From Lingula anatina (Eukaryota > Animalia > Brachiopoda): DNA of 64,000 nt. The stretch covers positions 19,468,001 through 19,532,000 of the forward strand of contig CM120640.1 in the NCBI GenBank assembly GCA_051362555.1, in the 5' to 3' direction. Below are positions 51,501 to 64,000 of the stretch, one piece after another; position 1 is the stretch's first letter, and the number at the start of each line of letters is the position of its first letter. The notes under the pieces are model-generated. The model was not told where the DNA came from, ran no database searches, and worked only from the letters and a program-made list of their open reading frames with translations. Both the position numbers and the translations under genes were made by a program.

Positions 51501-54500
51501 TCATCCAGCGCTTTCTTCTCTTCCTTCCTTCTCATTTTTTCAGGGTCATCCTGCCTTCTTAGCACCTTCAAGTTGAAGGGTTTCCACCTCCCACTGTCTC
51601 CTAGCTCCTCTCTGCAAGGCTCATCACCAGAGAAAGGAAGCTGTACCAAATTGAAAATCAGCATTTAATCATTTAATCATTTAAAACAAGACAGAAATTA
51701 TTATGGGGATAGTAGTAGTTAAATTGCATCACAGTATTGGCCCATCCACTTGCCAAACAGTAGTCTGGGAGTCTAACGTAGCTGTTAAAGCAATTAATCA
51801 GCTAAGCTTATAAAACTCCTCCAGCCTTACTAGATATATAATTTTTATTCAGTAAGAAATTTTGGTCTGAATCTCTGTTCCTTTTTTAAAGAGCAAAAGT
51901 TCATTGATTATAATTCAAGATAAAATATCAAATCGTCTTACCTTTGAGTCAGGTTTAACGTCTTCATATGGATTCTCATCTGCCACTGAATCATTCCGTA
52001 CTGGAATAAAATTTAATTTAAAAGTATAATATGCTGGAAATTTATCAATGGAATGTTATAAGTGCTGTTAAAAATTATTAGTTTCATGTCATTCATCAAA
52101 CCAGTTACGAAAAGAAACCAAATCACATAAAACATAATTAGAGCAAAAACCCAAAATAAAAATTCACCACTGTAACAGCTAAAGACCTACACATGGGCAA
52201 CCAGTGGGTAAAGTAAAAATAATATCACGACGCAACAGAAACAGGTCATCATTATACATTTTCAGGTCAGTTTTACACAGGGCACTCCAATTAAAAAGCA
52301 ACTCAATAAAACCAAAAAATTGGATCTTCCAAAGAATATCTAAATACCAAATAAATTTCATACTTGGGGGCAGGTGAGGGGGGATGGATGAAAAATGCAC
52401 CCATAGGTGCAGTAAACCCATGGCCAGAAATGTACTAATAACTCTGTATACATTTTTAATAATGGGCTAACAGCAAGGATATTTGAGGCTATATGATCAG
52501 CAATACGATCTCTACAGAAGTACACTGCCAGTGAGTATATGTCTCTTAATCTCTTCATTCACCTATCACCACATCCTATGTCAAATGGAAGGAAGCAAGC
52601 AAGCACCCAACTTTGGGGTCTACTTACACCAAACATCTTCTGTTGGTGGGCTGCTAGCAAGAAGAGGGACCAAGTCATTACCAGCTTTCTTTTTCTTGAT
52701 CTTCAGGGATCGTCTCTTCCTTTGTTTTTTACCGTTTTGTAACTCATCTCCTGTGCCCTCACTGCCCTCCGAGGCCGAGTGCTGCACAGCTGCAGGAAGA
52801 GAGGAAGCCGCGCTACAAGCTACTGCTAATCAACCAATCAAAATTCTCCACAGAGGATTTCATTGGACCAATAAAAATTGACCAATCATAATTTTATGAA
52901 CGTATACCAACTTGTACAATTTTCCTAATAACAAATCCACACGAGGATAAGAATTCACAGATTAAGAGAAAGGTCAGCAAACACCACATTTTAGTACAAT
53001 TTTAAAAACAAAATATTCTAGAAAGTAAAGATTGGTAAATGGGGTTAGTAAACTCTGTGGAGACTACTGAAGTTTATTCTACAATTCAAACAAATTTGTA
53101 AGATTATTGTATAGCCATTTAGTAAACCCTTCTCCTTCACAACCCCTACTATGATTATTTCTTTAATTTCTTTTTAACCCTAAATAAAACCAGAGGTGTA
53201 ATGACTGTTTTTGACCTTTGACTGTTGTTTTTCTATGTGGGAGAATGATTCCCATATGGTATACACTAAGCTATACAATAGATCATACAAAATGATTAAG
53301 ATAGACACTGCACCAAAGATATCATTCTAATCTGCATTTATACAGTATGACATTTTTATTCAGAGCTGCAATCAGATCTAATTAAAATTGAATTTTTGAT
53401 ATCATTAAGCTGTACTAGTCTAGTCTTAAATGTTTCTAACTCCCAATTTTTCAAATTGATAATTTCAATCAAATTCATTAAATGAACTAGTAATTAAGTG
53501 ATAAATTCACACAGAGCAATCTAATAAATCCATTGGTCTGCACTGCAAAATAAATAGATAAATAAATGCACAGCTTAAACTTACATTTTCTGTATTCATC
53601 AGGGGGTTTCAGCCTGTCAGGGGTATATGCTGGTATGAGAGGTGCTTTATCATAAGATGGGTCACTCTTCCTCTGCTGCCTGTGTTTCTTTTTATGTGGG
53701 GTAGGCTTTCTGTGCACCCTGGTATAGATGTCCTGCTTGGGGCGTTCTAGTGAACTACATTCTGAGTCGGACTCTGTGCCAGCTGAAATTGTTAATGATC
53801 TTGATATCAGTATCATAAATATGTCCTAGAGTATTAATTTTTATTAAACTGGACAATGTTTGTCCTCTTTTTTTTTTTTAAAGATTTTTCAATATAAGTT
53901 AGGCGTTGAAATTAAAACAAAATGTACACTGTCAACTAAGAGTGAATGAAAAAAATTAATTCCACACAAACTAATTTTAAAAAAATGTATAGAAACAAAC
54001 TAAAAGGGTTCATCTGTTCAGAACCAGTTTAAGCATATAATGAGTGTTTCTAATAACAAGTAGGTAAATATTATGCTTTCTTAGCTTACAGTCAACATTT
54101 ATGAAATTTTTCATTAAATATACAGAAACACCCAACTACTAAAATCAAGCAACTGTAAGCCATGCCATTTATCTTAGGACAAACCAGGTAACATATACAG
54201 ACTTGGACTATCAGTGAAATATAGATTTAGAGCACCAATTTTATTGAAAAACATTGCTTCTTAGACAAATACATCTGAGGTGGGTTTGGGATTTATTTTC
54301 TCAAAAAATACCAATTATGTTATCTCAAGTATTTATCAAACATGTAAAATGTAGATATTAAGGCAGTTCTTAGATGTAATTCTATCAAATAAATACATCA
54401 ATTATTCACAGCAGAGTATTAATTGTTGCAAATGAATATTTTATAAAAGAAGCCATCCATTTTTCTTGGTGACTGACATCTGGGTAGTTAGTCTACACCT

Positions 54501-57500
54501 AAATGAGCATCAAACCCAAGACAATCCAGATATAAATAAACCTTACAAATTAAGCAACCATACCAACTATGAGCCGCATGCATAAAGGAACTGAAAATGG
54601 CGACATACTTAGAGGGACATATTTGACTGTGTCACCTTTGTTATCTTGTTGTTGTTTCTTCACAGTGGACCGTATTCTGTGGAACTTGCCAGGGGGCAGG
54701 GCGTCCTGCACCAAGGCGTAGTCGTTGTCGTGCTCTGGGTGTTCTGGGCTCACAGCATCCTGAAGAGATAAGGTGAAACATGTTGTCTTTGTAAATCAAG
54801 AACTTTGTCTCTCACTGAGTGTGAGCACCCACCCAACCACATGTTATGTGATTGTTTTATTAACATAGAGATATAGAGTAACTACTCAATATTTTCATTG
54901 GGGGGAAAACTGTACAGATAATGTATTTTTTAAGAAATTATTTCTGAAAATTATAACATTTCTATTGAGCAGAAAAAATATTAAAAAGCAGGCTATACTA
55001 TAGTTCTATTCTATGCAGTAAAAACACCCGAAATGCCACATAGAAATATTTTGTGATTATATAATTATGTACCTGAAAGTTTAATAATTTTTGCCCACTG
55101 AAATAATCAAGTAATTGACTGTCCATTTCAACAGCCTACTTACCAGAACCTGTGCATAATCAGCAATCTCGATGTTCTCTGGGGTGGCCAGCGGAGCCTG
55201 GATGTTGTTCCCATCCATCTGTACGCTGTCTCTCTTTGGTCTCTTCTGACTCATGTTCTTTGACAACCTGTCTGTGACACTCTGGTACCTGTTCAAATCT
55301 AATGGCTGAAAGAAGAAGAAAAATACTTGGTAGTTATTCATGAGAATTTCATTCTTTCCCTTTCTCTTTTTTTTCTTGAATAAGTTAATCAAATTAAAAC
55401 TGGATACTACAAGTTGAAAGCATATCTCTTTATTGTGAATTTCATTCTTTCCCTTTCTCTTTTTTTTTCTTGAATAAGTTAATCAAATTCAAACTGGATA
55501 CTACAAGTTGAAAGCATATTTCTTTATTGTGAATCTGATAAGAAAAATCATTTTTGTTCTTGTGGCATCCCAACTTATAGAGGTTTGCAGCCAAAAGGTA
55601 ATAGTGTTACACAATGTTATAGTAACATTATCATATACAACTTATTTCATAACCAATAACCAAGACCAAAACAATCTGATTAATTTCTGTTTCTTCTCAT
55701 GTTAGTGAACACTCACCTTTGGTTTAGTTGCAGGTTTTGGTCTTAGAGCCCATTTAGTGAGTCGAACCCCTGCATAGTCATACTGGGGTGCCTCAGGTTG
55801 GGAGTTCTCCCAGTCTGAAAGAAACAATTGATTTAAGTGCCTTTAACTCTTGTTAACTAGGAAAAATTAGCCAATGTCTCAATAAATGTGGTCTTATGCT
55901 TCTATAATAGTGAGTCCCAAAAACTGAAACATTCTTAGCTGATGTTAACTATGTTTCACACAGCAAATAAAAATATCCAGTCATTAACTCAATTGTTGGG
56001 TATCTGAGAATAGAAATGCAATATACAACAATCTTTTTTCATAACTTAGATATTTCCACGCAATACAATACACTAGAAATACTATGACATCAACAACACA
56101 CATCAGCCTATAACAATCAACCATCATCATTTTTCTGCAAGCAGTATTCAAAATCAGAAAATATGTCCCATCCGTACACATTGTATACCTCCGGCAAAAA
56201 CCTTATCTGAATAATTCACATTAGTATTTAAAAACATGCATTAAAACCTACAATCAAAATCCAAACTGCAACACAATATACTGTGCAGGGCATGGACCAC
56301 GAAGAGAGAAACTGTGCAACATATCACAGACTATGTAAGTTAGACAGTGCAGATACTGCAGAGTTAGCATTTTAAACATTCACATATAAGGTGTACACTG
56401 TCAACTTCCTTACTTACAATACAGTGTTGATACAGTTGGAAGAAAGTTGGAAAGAGAGAAAAACAGTGTATTAAGGAACATCAGAGAAAGACACTAAACA
56501 CCAATGTGCAATCCATCCAATCCATCCCAATGGGCAAGAAAACATTCTATAGCTAAATACAGAAGAGAAACCTAGGAATATAATTTCCAACCAAATGAAA
56601 ATTAACAGGAACCTCTACACATCTACTATAACCACCTCAGTCTATCCAAACATGACACTATTAAAAGATAGGAGATACAACAAGAGAAAACGTCCAAGTA
56701 GAAGAACAGACATGCATGTCATTCCAAAGAGAAAGATTTTTCTAATACAAATACAAACTAGGAATACTCATGCCACTACACATAATTAAGATAATCACCC
56801 TCTTCATCTCCTCTTTGTCTCCTAGCATCTGGTAAAGTTGAGGCTTTTTGGAGTTTTCTGCCGTCTGCACTCTCATACAGAGAATTAACTGCCCAACCTG
56901 ATATGTGAAGAGGAAGGTGTCAAAGTTTTTTTCAAAAAGGTTTTCAATCTCCTCCTCCTCAACAACAACACACAACATTTGGCAATTGCAGTTAAAAATG
57001 AAGTGAAACTTGTGCGACACAAAATTCCAATTCTGTGAAATTGTTCTATGTTGAAGTATGATATCCAAAGAAACATAAGAATAACATACAACTGGATGAA
57101 ATAAAGTTGAAAACACCAGCTTCCGTGACAGAGTTCAGAAAGCCACTCGAGAGTTCAAACATTTACAAACAGTAACTTCCCCCTTCCGACCATGTTCCTA
57201 ACAATGGTCATCATTAGTTCAACACAAGACCCTTGCAAAACACCATGCATTCATGTGATAATTGACTTCATATGAGATGAAGTTAAACAAAAACTACAAT
57301 AAATGTCTATGAATACATCTTAATTCTAGCTAATGTACATAAAAAATAACGTGCAAATATGTATATATGGACTTTAAATAAATATAAATGTTTCTATTCA
57401 CTACATATCGTAACTTTATCATTTATGAACTAGTAAATAGTGGGACAAATTAGGGAGGTAGTGACATAAGGGTGAAGCTTTTACAAATACAACATGTCAA

Positions 57501-60500
57501 TGTTATCCAAATATTCTGTCTTTCCAAACTAAATCACAGACTTAATAAAGTTAAAGATAGACATAAAAGCAGAAAACAGTCATGTAGGTAATCTTTTATG
57601 CATGGTCAGATTTTATAAGAAAAAAATATATATTTTTTAATTAATCACTTTAAAAATCTAATAGTAAACATGCACAAACAAAGAAGAACCTTTTTAAAAT
57701 TGACAGACAGACTAAATGGAAAGCACTGAGACACAAAATGTGAACATAAAAGAAACTGCTGGCAGTACATGGAAAGCTGAAAAAAGAATTCAAACAAATC
57801 AGTGATCAATAAAGAAACAACATAAAATTTCACAAAAATGGAAAAAAAACAACAGCAGTAAACAAACATCAGGAGGGAACACCGAGGCTGCCCAAACACA
57901 GCGAGATCACCTTCAACATCTTCCTTCAATGCAAGACGCATACTTTTGGATTTGCGGAACTGATAACGAGGCTGGCGCTCAGGGTCAGAGGCTTTTAGGT
58001 CTATCTGATCTACTGTAGATGAATGTTCAAGTTTAGGCACGTCAGAAGCTATTGCCTGCAAATTCTCATCTTCACTCTTGGTGACAAAGATGTTAGCCAC
58101 CGGGCAAGATTTTCTGTGCTCTGAAAATAATTTTTATTTTGATAGGAATTCCAGCTCAGGTGCTACAACGCAATGCCCTCTCTAAGTGTAAACTTCATCT
58201 ATGCATAGTTCCTATGGCTCTAAGCATGTTATTTAAATAACTTTTACATATTGCAGCTCATGCCATACAGACACAATCTCTATTTTTAGTCCTCTGCTTG
58301 TTAATTATATTTCTGCACTGTTAAGGTGTTGCCCCATATAGAGATGTTAATTAGTTGTTAACTGACAGCTAAGTTCCTCTCATTTGCAGCACTAATGCTA
58401 TATCACACATGCACACGCACATACACGTAGACATACACTTTCTCTTAACTTGAAAACAAACAAAAAAAAATGCAGTAATTCAGGTTAAAGATACACAAAA
58501 TGCATCATTTTTCTCTCTTTTTTTTTTTTTTTTTTTTTTTTCACAGCATTTTGGCAAAGCTTGCGCAGGCCATTACAAAAGTCCAGCCAATAATTTCAGA
58601 TCTTTGATAACTGATCAGAGACATTTGAAAAAAAAAAGGGTTGGTTTTTTCATTAATCTTTTTTAAATCTATTTTACCTGCATACTGGTTCTTCCTTCCT
58701 TTCAACTGACTTGGTTTGACTAAGGGCTCCGCATTCACTTCACTATACGGCCCAGTCTCTGTAGTCCCATAGGGTGATATATTATTCCCATAAGCAGAGT
58801 CATATGTTTTATCATACGCTTTGTCGTACGTTTTATCATACACCTTGTCCCCAGCTTTGTCATAATATGGCGGAGAGGTGGAGGAAGCACGCTCCTGCTC
58901 ACTGTCTGACTGCTGGCCAGCTGCTGGCTGGTCGTAGATTGGCTCCGAATCTTCGGTGCTAAATTAAAGTTCATCATTAATGAACAAATATTTTATACCA
59001 TTTTTAAAGTAAAAGATATTTAACATATAGACAGGTCTTCAGGCCTCTTCATAATTAATCTCCCATTTATCAACAAACCAAAAAATTATCTTCATAATCT
59101 GCTTCAAGCTATCATATTTTGAAGTCTCATGAATACAACTTCCCCCTACTCATTGGCACTTCTCTACATTCAACTCTCTAACCTGTTGCTGCCATTAGGA
59201 GCACTGTACGAGTCATTTCTCCATGGCTTTGGCAGGGTAGCGGGGGGTCTCCTGTCCAGGTCTACTAGCCTCTCTGATTCACTGGGCTCAGAGCGCACTG
59301 TGTTGTAAGATTCATCTCCAGAGAACACATAACTGGCCTCAATATCAGACTTTCTGTCCCAGACGTCCTTTAAGAATGGGCTGAAAACTGCAGCTGGAAA
59401 AAGATGGGATTTCAAAGTTCAAATACACATCTAAAATCACAATGTCCTTTAAAAGTGATAAAAATCATTAATTCTGTATTTGCTAGACTTTTGCCATGGC
59501 AATTTCAAACTAATTACACAAATTTTGAAGACTACAATTCAATTTCACTTGCAAGCAAATCACATCTACCAAATAAGGTTAATTTGATTTCCAAAGACTG
59601 CTTACTTTGTTGTGGGAAATTAAGACTAGTGACCATGAAATGAGCTTTGACTTTGTCTGCTATGGCATTGCCCTCTGTGATGATATTCTGAGAGGAATCA
59701 TTGGAGAAGAATGCGTTGGCCCCACCACCTTCAGTTACTGCTAAAATCTGGATTGGCACATTTGGAATGCCATCAGTGAAAGCTCTGGAATTAGAAAGAG
59801 AAACAGCATTTGCTTAATCAAATTCAATACTGGTGAGGTCTTTTTTTCTGAAGAACCTAAAAGTTGCCTACTGAAACTTTAACTATATTTGAATCATGGT
59901 AATTCTTAAAATATATTTATGAAAAAATGTAACCAGATGCTTTATTTGAAAGAAATTCGCAAATATTTTATGTCTTTGTCTATTCTTTTCTATTCCACAT
60001 GTAAACTGATCAAATGCAGTGACAGTTTACTTTGATTTCATATCAACTAGTAATATTTATAAAAAGAACTTACTTCAAAGTTGACAGGGATGCTTTCCTT
60101 TTGGCAGAATACACTAAAATAAACCCATGCACAAATTCATCTTTAAGTAGCGAAGCACCATGGTACGAAGTGACCGTCACTTCCACCTTCCGTTTACACG
60201 AGTCCCCAACGTAAGTCTCTATAGTGACCAGCTGGTATTTCTCCTTGTCTGCAGTGACCACACAGTTCTGATGGCCAAGGAATGGGCCGAGAGGAAGTTC
60301 TACATTGTACTGGTCACCACACATCATACATAACACTACCCTGGAGACGAGAAAAAATTTACAGAAATGTTTTCAACACAATTATAGTAAATGTATGATT
60401 AATTTTGAATGATTCTTTAAAGATGCAGATGATTTATCCGATCTCCCCTTTAAAACTTACAGGGCAGGGAGAAAGGCTCTACTATTTCTGTTGACCTGTA

Positions 60501-61804
60501 TTTGCCATTTCTGTGGTAGTAACATAGAGGGAGGAAGGGGAGGGGATAATAATTCTATAAAAAGAAAAAAAAACAAAACAAAGAAATACCTGATATCTGG
60601 TTCTGCACACTCCACTATGCTGTAAGGATTGCCCAGGCCCGGTCTGTCTCTTACACAGTCCATTAACTTATTGAGAGCCTGGTTGATCTGTACTGGGTGG
60701 AACTTGTATTTGCACATCTCCTCATTGATCATGTCTTCTGGAATGTCGATGAACGGACAACGCAAACTGGAAAATAAATGACAACAACTTGATTTTCTTC
60801 CTCTTCCCTTCCCTTGGGAATAAATACACTGGCTTAAATAAACCCTGATTTGAGGATATTTTCCCTGCTAACTATTTTAAGTAATTACTCCATGGGTCTC
60901 TACTTTTTTTTTAGATTCTTGTTTAAGGAATTTAGGGAAAAATACAAAGCACATTCAACATACTAATAGCAACCATTTCTGTCAGTAATTGAACTGAACA
61001 TTGACCTATTTGCAGTACTTTGATGCATACAAATCTTAATTGCTTTCATTTAAAGTAAATGAGTGTAGTAAAAAAATAAATAATAAAATTAATGAATAAA
61101 TGAAGTAGGAGAATAGCAATATCTGAAGACATATAATCACTTTACCTCTGAGCTAGTTCCTGCCCTTCTTCTCTGAGTAACATTAACCCTTTCTCTGTGT
61201 GCCCTTGGTCATAAGCCAGCACTATCACCAGAGGCAGGCCTTGAAATGGAAGTCTCTCCTCACTCTCTAGGTCCAGTAGTAAAGTCTTTTCTAGGCTAAC
61301 TTTGATATAGTCCAAGGTTTCTGAGCTACTGTACACACAAAAGCACCCTGGAAACAGAGAAGGTAGTTTTCTGTGTAAATTTGATAATTAAAAAGGGGGA
61401 AGAACTGATAACTCCAGTGCAATTAATTTTGTGTAACCCTTCTTTCCAGAGGCTTAGTAAGTGACTGAAGACTTGATCTCTAAACTGCACCTTATAATTT
61501 TGCATCCTACAAGATTCAGTATTGTGTGATTGAAGTTTCTTTGGTAATTAAACCATTTTGTCAAAAAGCACCCACACTTATTAGCAGTGTCATTTATAAA
61601 TATTACAGAGCCATTCAAATAAGGTTAAGTTTCCTTGACAATTAAGTCAGTTTGTCAAAATAAACCCATAATGATTAGCAGAGTATTAATAGGCAATCAT
61701 CCTCACTTCCTTCTTCCCCCTCTGTGCTTAATGAAGTATCAACAGGCAACTTTCTCTCTCTCTCTGGCTACACACGCATGCATGCACACACACAGGCATG
61801 CACG

Positions 61805-61841
<37 letters not shown>

Positions 61842-62685
61842 CACACACACACACACACACGCATGCATGCACACACACTCAGTCCAAAAGCAAGCTTCTA
61901 CCTTGCTTATATGCTTGAGGGAAAATATTTTCTATACAAACCATGTGGTCTGAAATCTGCTGTAGAGAAGGCATTCTGTGGCAGGGAGACATCGCCATCT
62001 ATTGGTCTGTAGTCCAGGCTGAACACACAGCCCTCGTAAGCAAACTCGTCATCAATGCACTGTAGCTATATACAGAAAAAAATTGTGATAAGCATACCTC
62101 TTCCATCAGCAACACCATATTTATAATAACACAATGATCTTTGAACATAATGTAATAATGCTAAACACCTATCAATTTTTAAAAAATTTTTGCAAGTGAT
62201 TACTTTCAATTTTAGTCAATCCACTTTATAAGACTGAACTTTTTTTACAATATATAATCATACATGTTGACTGACATGATGCAGTGACATAATGACAATG
62301 GCTTGATACCATGAAAGTTACACCAGCTGACAATCACTTCATATAGACATTATACCAAACTGTGACCTGTAACTTACTCGAATGTCATTAGCCAGCTCAT
62401 CTGCCAGCCCCTCTCTCCCTAGCAACACAAGGTTGAGCCTGTTATCATCTAGGTCTGGGAAAAACTGTGAGCTACTGGTACTGCCAGACTTAGTCCTGTT
62501 GACAATGTAATAGACTACATTACTTTTTATGATTACTGAAACTTTTATTCTAGTTTTGAGAATTGATTTATGCATAAAGCATATATTTACTTCTTTTAAA
62601 GATTTTATTTAATAAGATGCCCTTCAAACCCATATGTTCTGACCAAGCAACAGAAGCAGAGGGAAAATGAAATAACTAAAATTAA

Positions 62686-62724
<39 letters not shown>

Positions 62725-63488
62725 AAAAAATGATATTAACTAAAAATCGGTCTATCAAAAACACTTGCCTATGCCTTTTCAAGGTAGCTTCTATACTATT
62801 CTCCATACAGTGGTCTCGAAAAGGGCAGCGATCCTTAGAAGGCCACTGGATAAACCCTAGATGGTTCAACAGCATGACCTTCCTTACTTCTTCTAATTTG
62901 CCTAATGCCTTGTACCTATATATAGAGGAAAAAGATGATGAATTTACAATTCTTGACATTTTATATCCTCACTGTTCAGGTCATTTAGACCAATGCCTTA
63001 TTTCATACATAAAGTGAGAAAAACCACCACTGCTGGTATTGCCATTTACAAGATTTTACAAAATTCCCTTTAAACACTGGTCTCTTTCACTACAACTTTG
63101 CACCTTTATAATGAAGTTATACAGGTTAATTGACACAATGTTCTGACTTCTACTGTGGTTTGACCTTTATAAAAAGTGGCCTTGATGTAAAGCTTAAAAT
63201 ATACAACCTTCTGCCAATTTAATAAGTGTAATAAGTTTAATTAAGGCAGCATATTGCCACAGTAAAGGACACAGCTGGCTTCTTTTTTTATCAATATTTC
63301 AGGCAAGTTTCTAACATTCAAAATGCTGTATTCTCATCTAAACAGCAAGCTCCTAATTTTATTCTAAACGTCCGTGGTAATTGTTCATTTTTTATTAAAA
63401 TTTACATGAATAATCAAATTAAACTATAAGGCCACTTGTGAGGTATCTAATGGTAAGGAACCTGCACACTCACACACACACGTGCTCA

Positions 63489-63587
<99 letters not shown>

Positions 63588-64000
63588 TGCACAAACACAC
63601 ACAGACATTATAATCAAGTTGAGTAGAGACTGGCACACCTACTAAATGCTTAAAAAAGAAGGGGGAGTTGGTCGGTTAACACTCACCAAAGCAGAAAAGT
63701 ACCAGCTCTTGGTAGTTGACAAGTGCTTTATCTACGAATGTCTCTTATATCAAAACAAAAAAAAAACACTTTTTTATTATTAAAATTTCCTTATAAAAAA
63801 CTACATATACCTGGGATAAAATCTAAAGCTGATCACATTAAACATACAAACATCAGTTCTCACCTTTGCTCTTCCTTCAGTTCCTGTATAATGCTCTGCA
63901 AATCTTCAGTGGTAATGGTTTCATTGGGATCATATTTCGCAAAAACTTCTGCACGCTCATACAGAAGTTCTACAAAGTCCTTTTTAGCATCTTCACGTAT
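48586..64000 (-). CDS. ARHGAP35: p190 Rho GTPase-activating protein (ARHGAP35/ARHGAP5 family), 3' part: last FF domain, pseudoGTPase domains pG1/pG2, Tyr-rich linker, RhoGAP. Exons >64000-63864, 62915-62769, 62495-62378, 62065-61942, 61347-61146, 60766-60590, 60340-60074, 59784-59606, 59393-59183, 58958-58678, 58120-57911, 56897-56799, 55814-55717, 55305-55144, 54759-54636, 53782-53585, 52789-52628, 52000-51942, 51640-51476, 51244-50992, 50613-50482, 49213-49108, 48775-48586
   Basis: All exons are phase-compatible. FF motif AKKDFVELLYE..EEQRYKAL; pG1 LNLVLLGREGLADELANDIR and FRPHGCFCVY; pG2 LCMMCGD and VHGFILVYSAKRKASL; GAP arginine finger EGIYRVPGN and NLAICWWPTLLRP; stop at 48586-48588. Single invertebrate pro-ortholog assumed. 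Confidence 0.92.
55344..55534. repeat. Near-perfect ~93-bp tandem duplication in a p190 intron
   Basis: GAATTTCATTCTTTCCC...TTTATTGT occurs at 55344-55436 and again at 55437-55530 with about 3 differences. Confidence 0.9.
61769..61878. repeat. Compound (CA)n microsatellite
   Basis: Interrupted CA run. Confidence 0.9.
63490..63583. repeat. (CA)n microsatellite (~47 units)
   Basis: Long perfect CA run. Confidence 0.95.

Noticed and set aside
56742-57116. 124-aa minus-strand ORF
   Set aside because: The phase-compatible p190 exon (56897-56799) is in a different frame; the rest is intron
61635-63636. HTHTHT and VCVCVC ORFs
   Set aside because: Translations of (CA)n microsatellites
1-64000. 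Prokaryotic systems (CRISPR, defence islands, operons), rRNA/tRNA, autonomous transposons or retroelement ORFs
   Set aside because: None seen; the window is spliceosomal-intron-rich animal DNA and the long ORFs are accounted for. Intronic snoRNAs or miRNAs cannot be excluded without an Infernal/Rfam scan.

Overview
AT-rich, intron-dense animal genomic DNA, probably an invertebrate bilaterian such as a lophotrochozoan (inference). It is not prokaryotic: no operons, CRISPR arrays, rRNA or tRNA were recognised. Manual exon joining, checked for splice sites and reading phase, gives seven protein-coding genes. They are: the 3' part of FNBP4 (+); a complete RSPH14 (-); a ~503-aa multi-exon gene (+) with the conserved motifs of the meiotic crossover factor PRR19; a single-exon UDP-glycosyltransferase nested on the same strand in intron 2 of that gene; a CpG-rich RING/TRAF-type zinc-finger gene with a long disordered tail (-); a complete DNMBP/Tuba (+); and the 3' part of p190RhoGAP (ARHGAP35/ARHGAP5-like, -). 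Most notable observations: (i) the PRR19-like gene is almost invisible in the ORF track and hosts a UGT whose catalytic His/Asp dyad appears replaced by Gln/His; (ii) the PRR19-like gene has a triplicated exon with one decayed copy; (iii) Tuba has five rather than four N-terminal SH3 domains, plus a candidate internal first exon for a short isoform; (iv) p190 keeps a tyrosine pair 18 residues apart but as YxxV instead of YxxP; (v) up to three GC-AG introns. Homology calls come from recalled sequences, not database searches.
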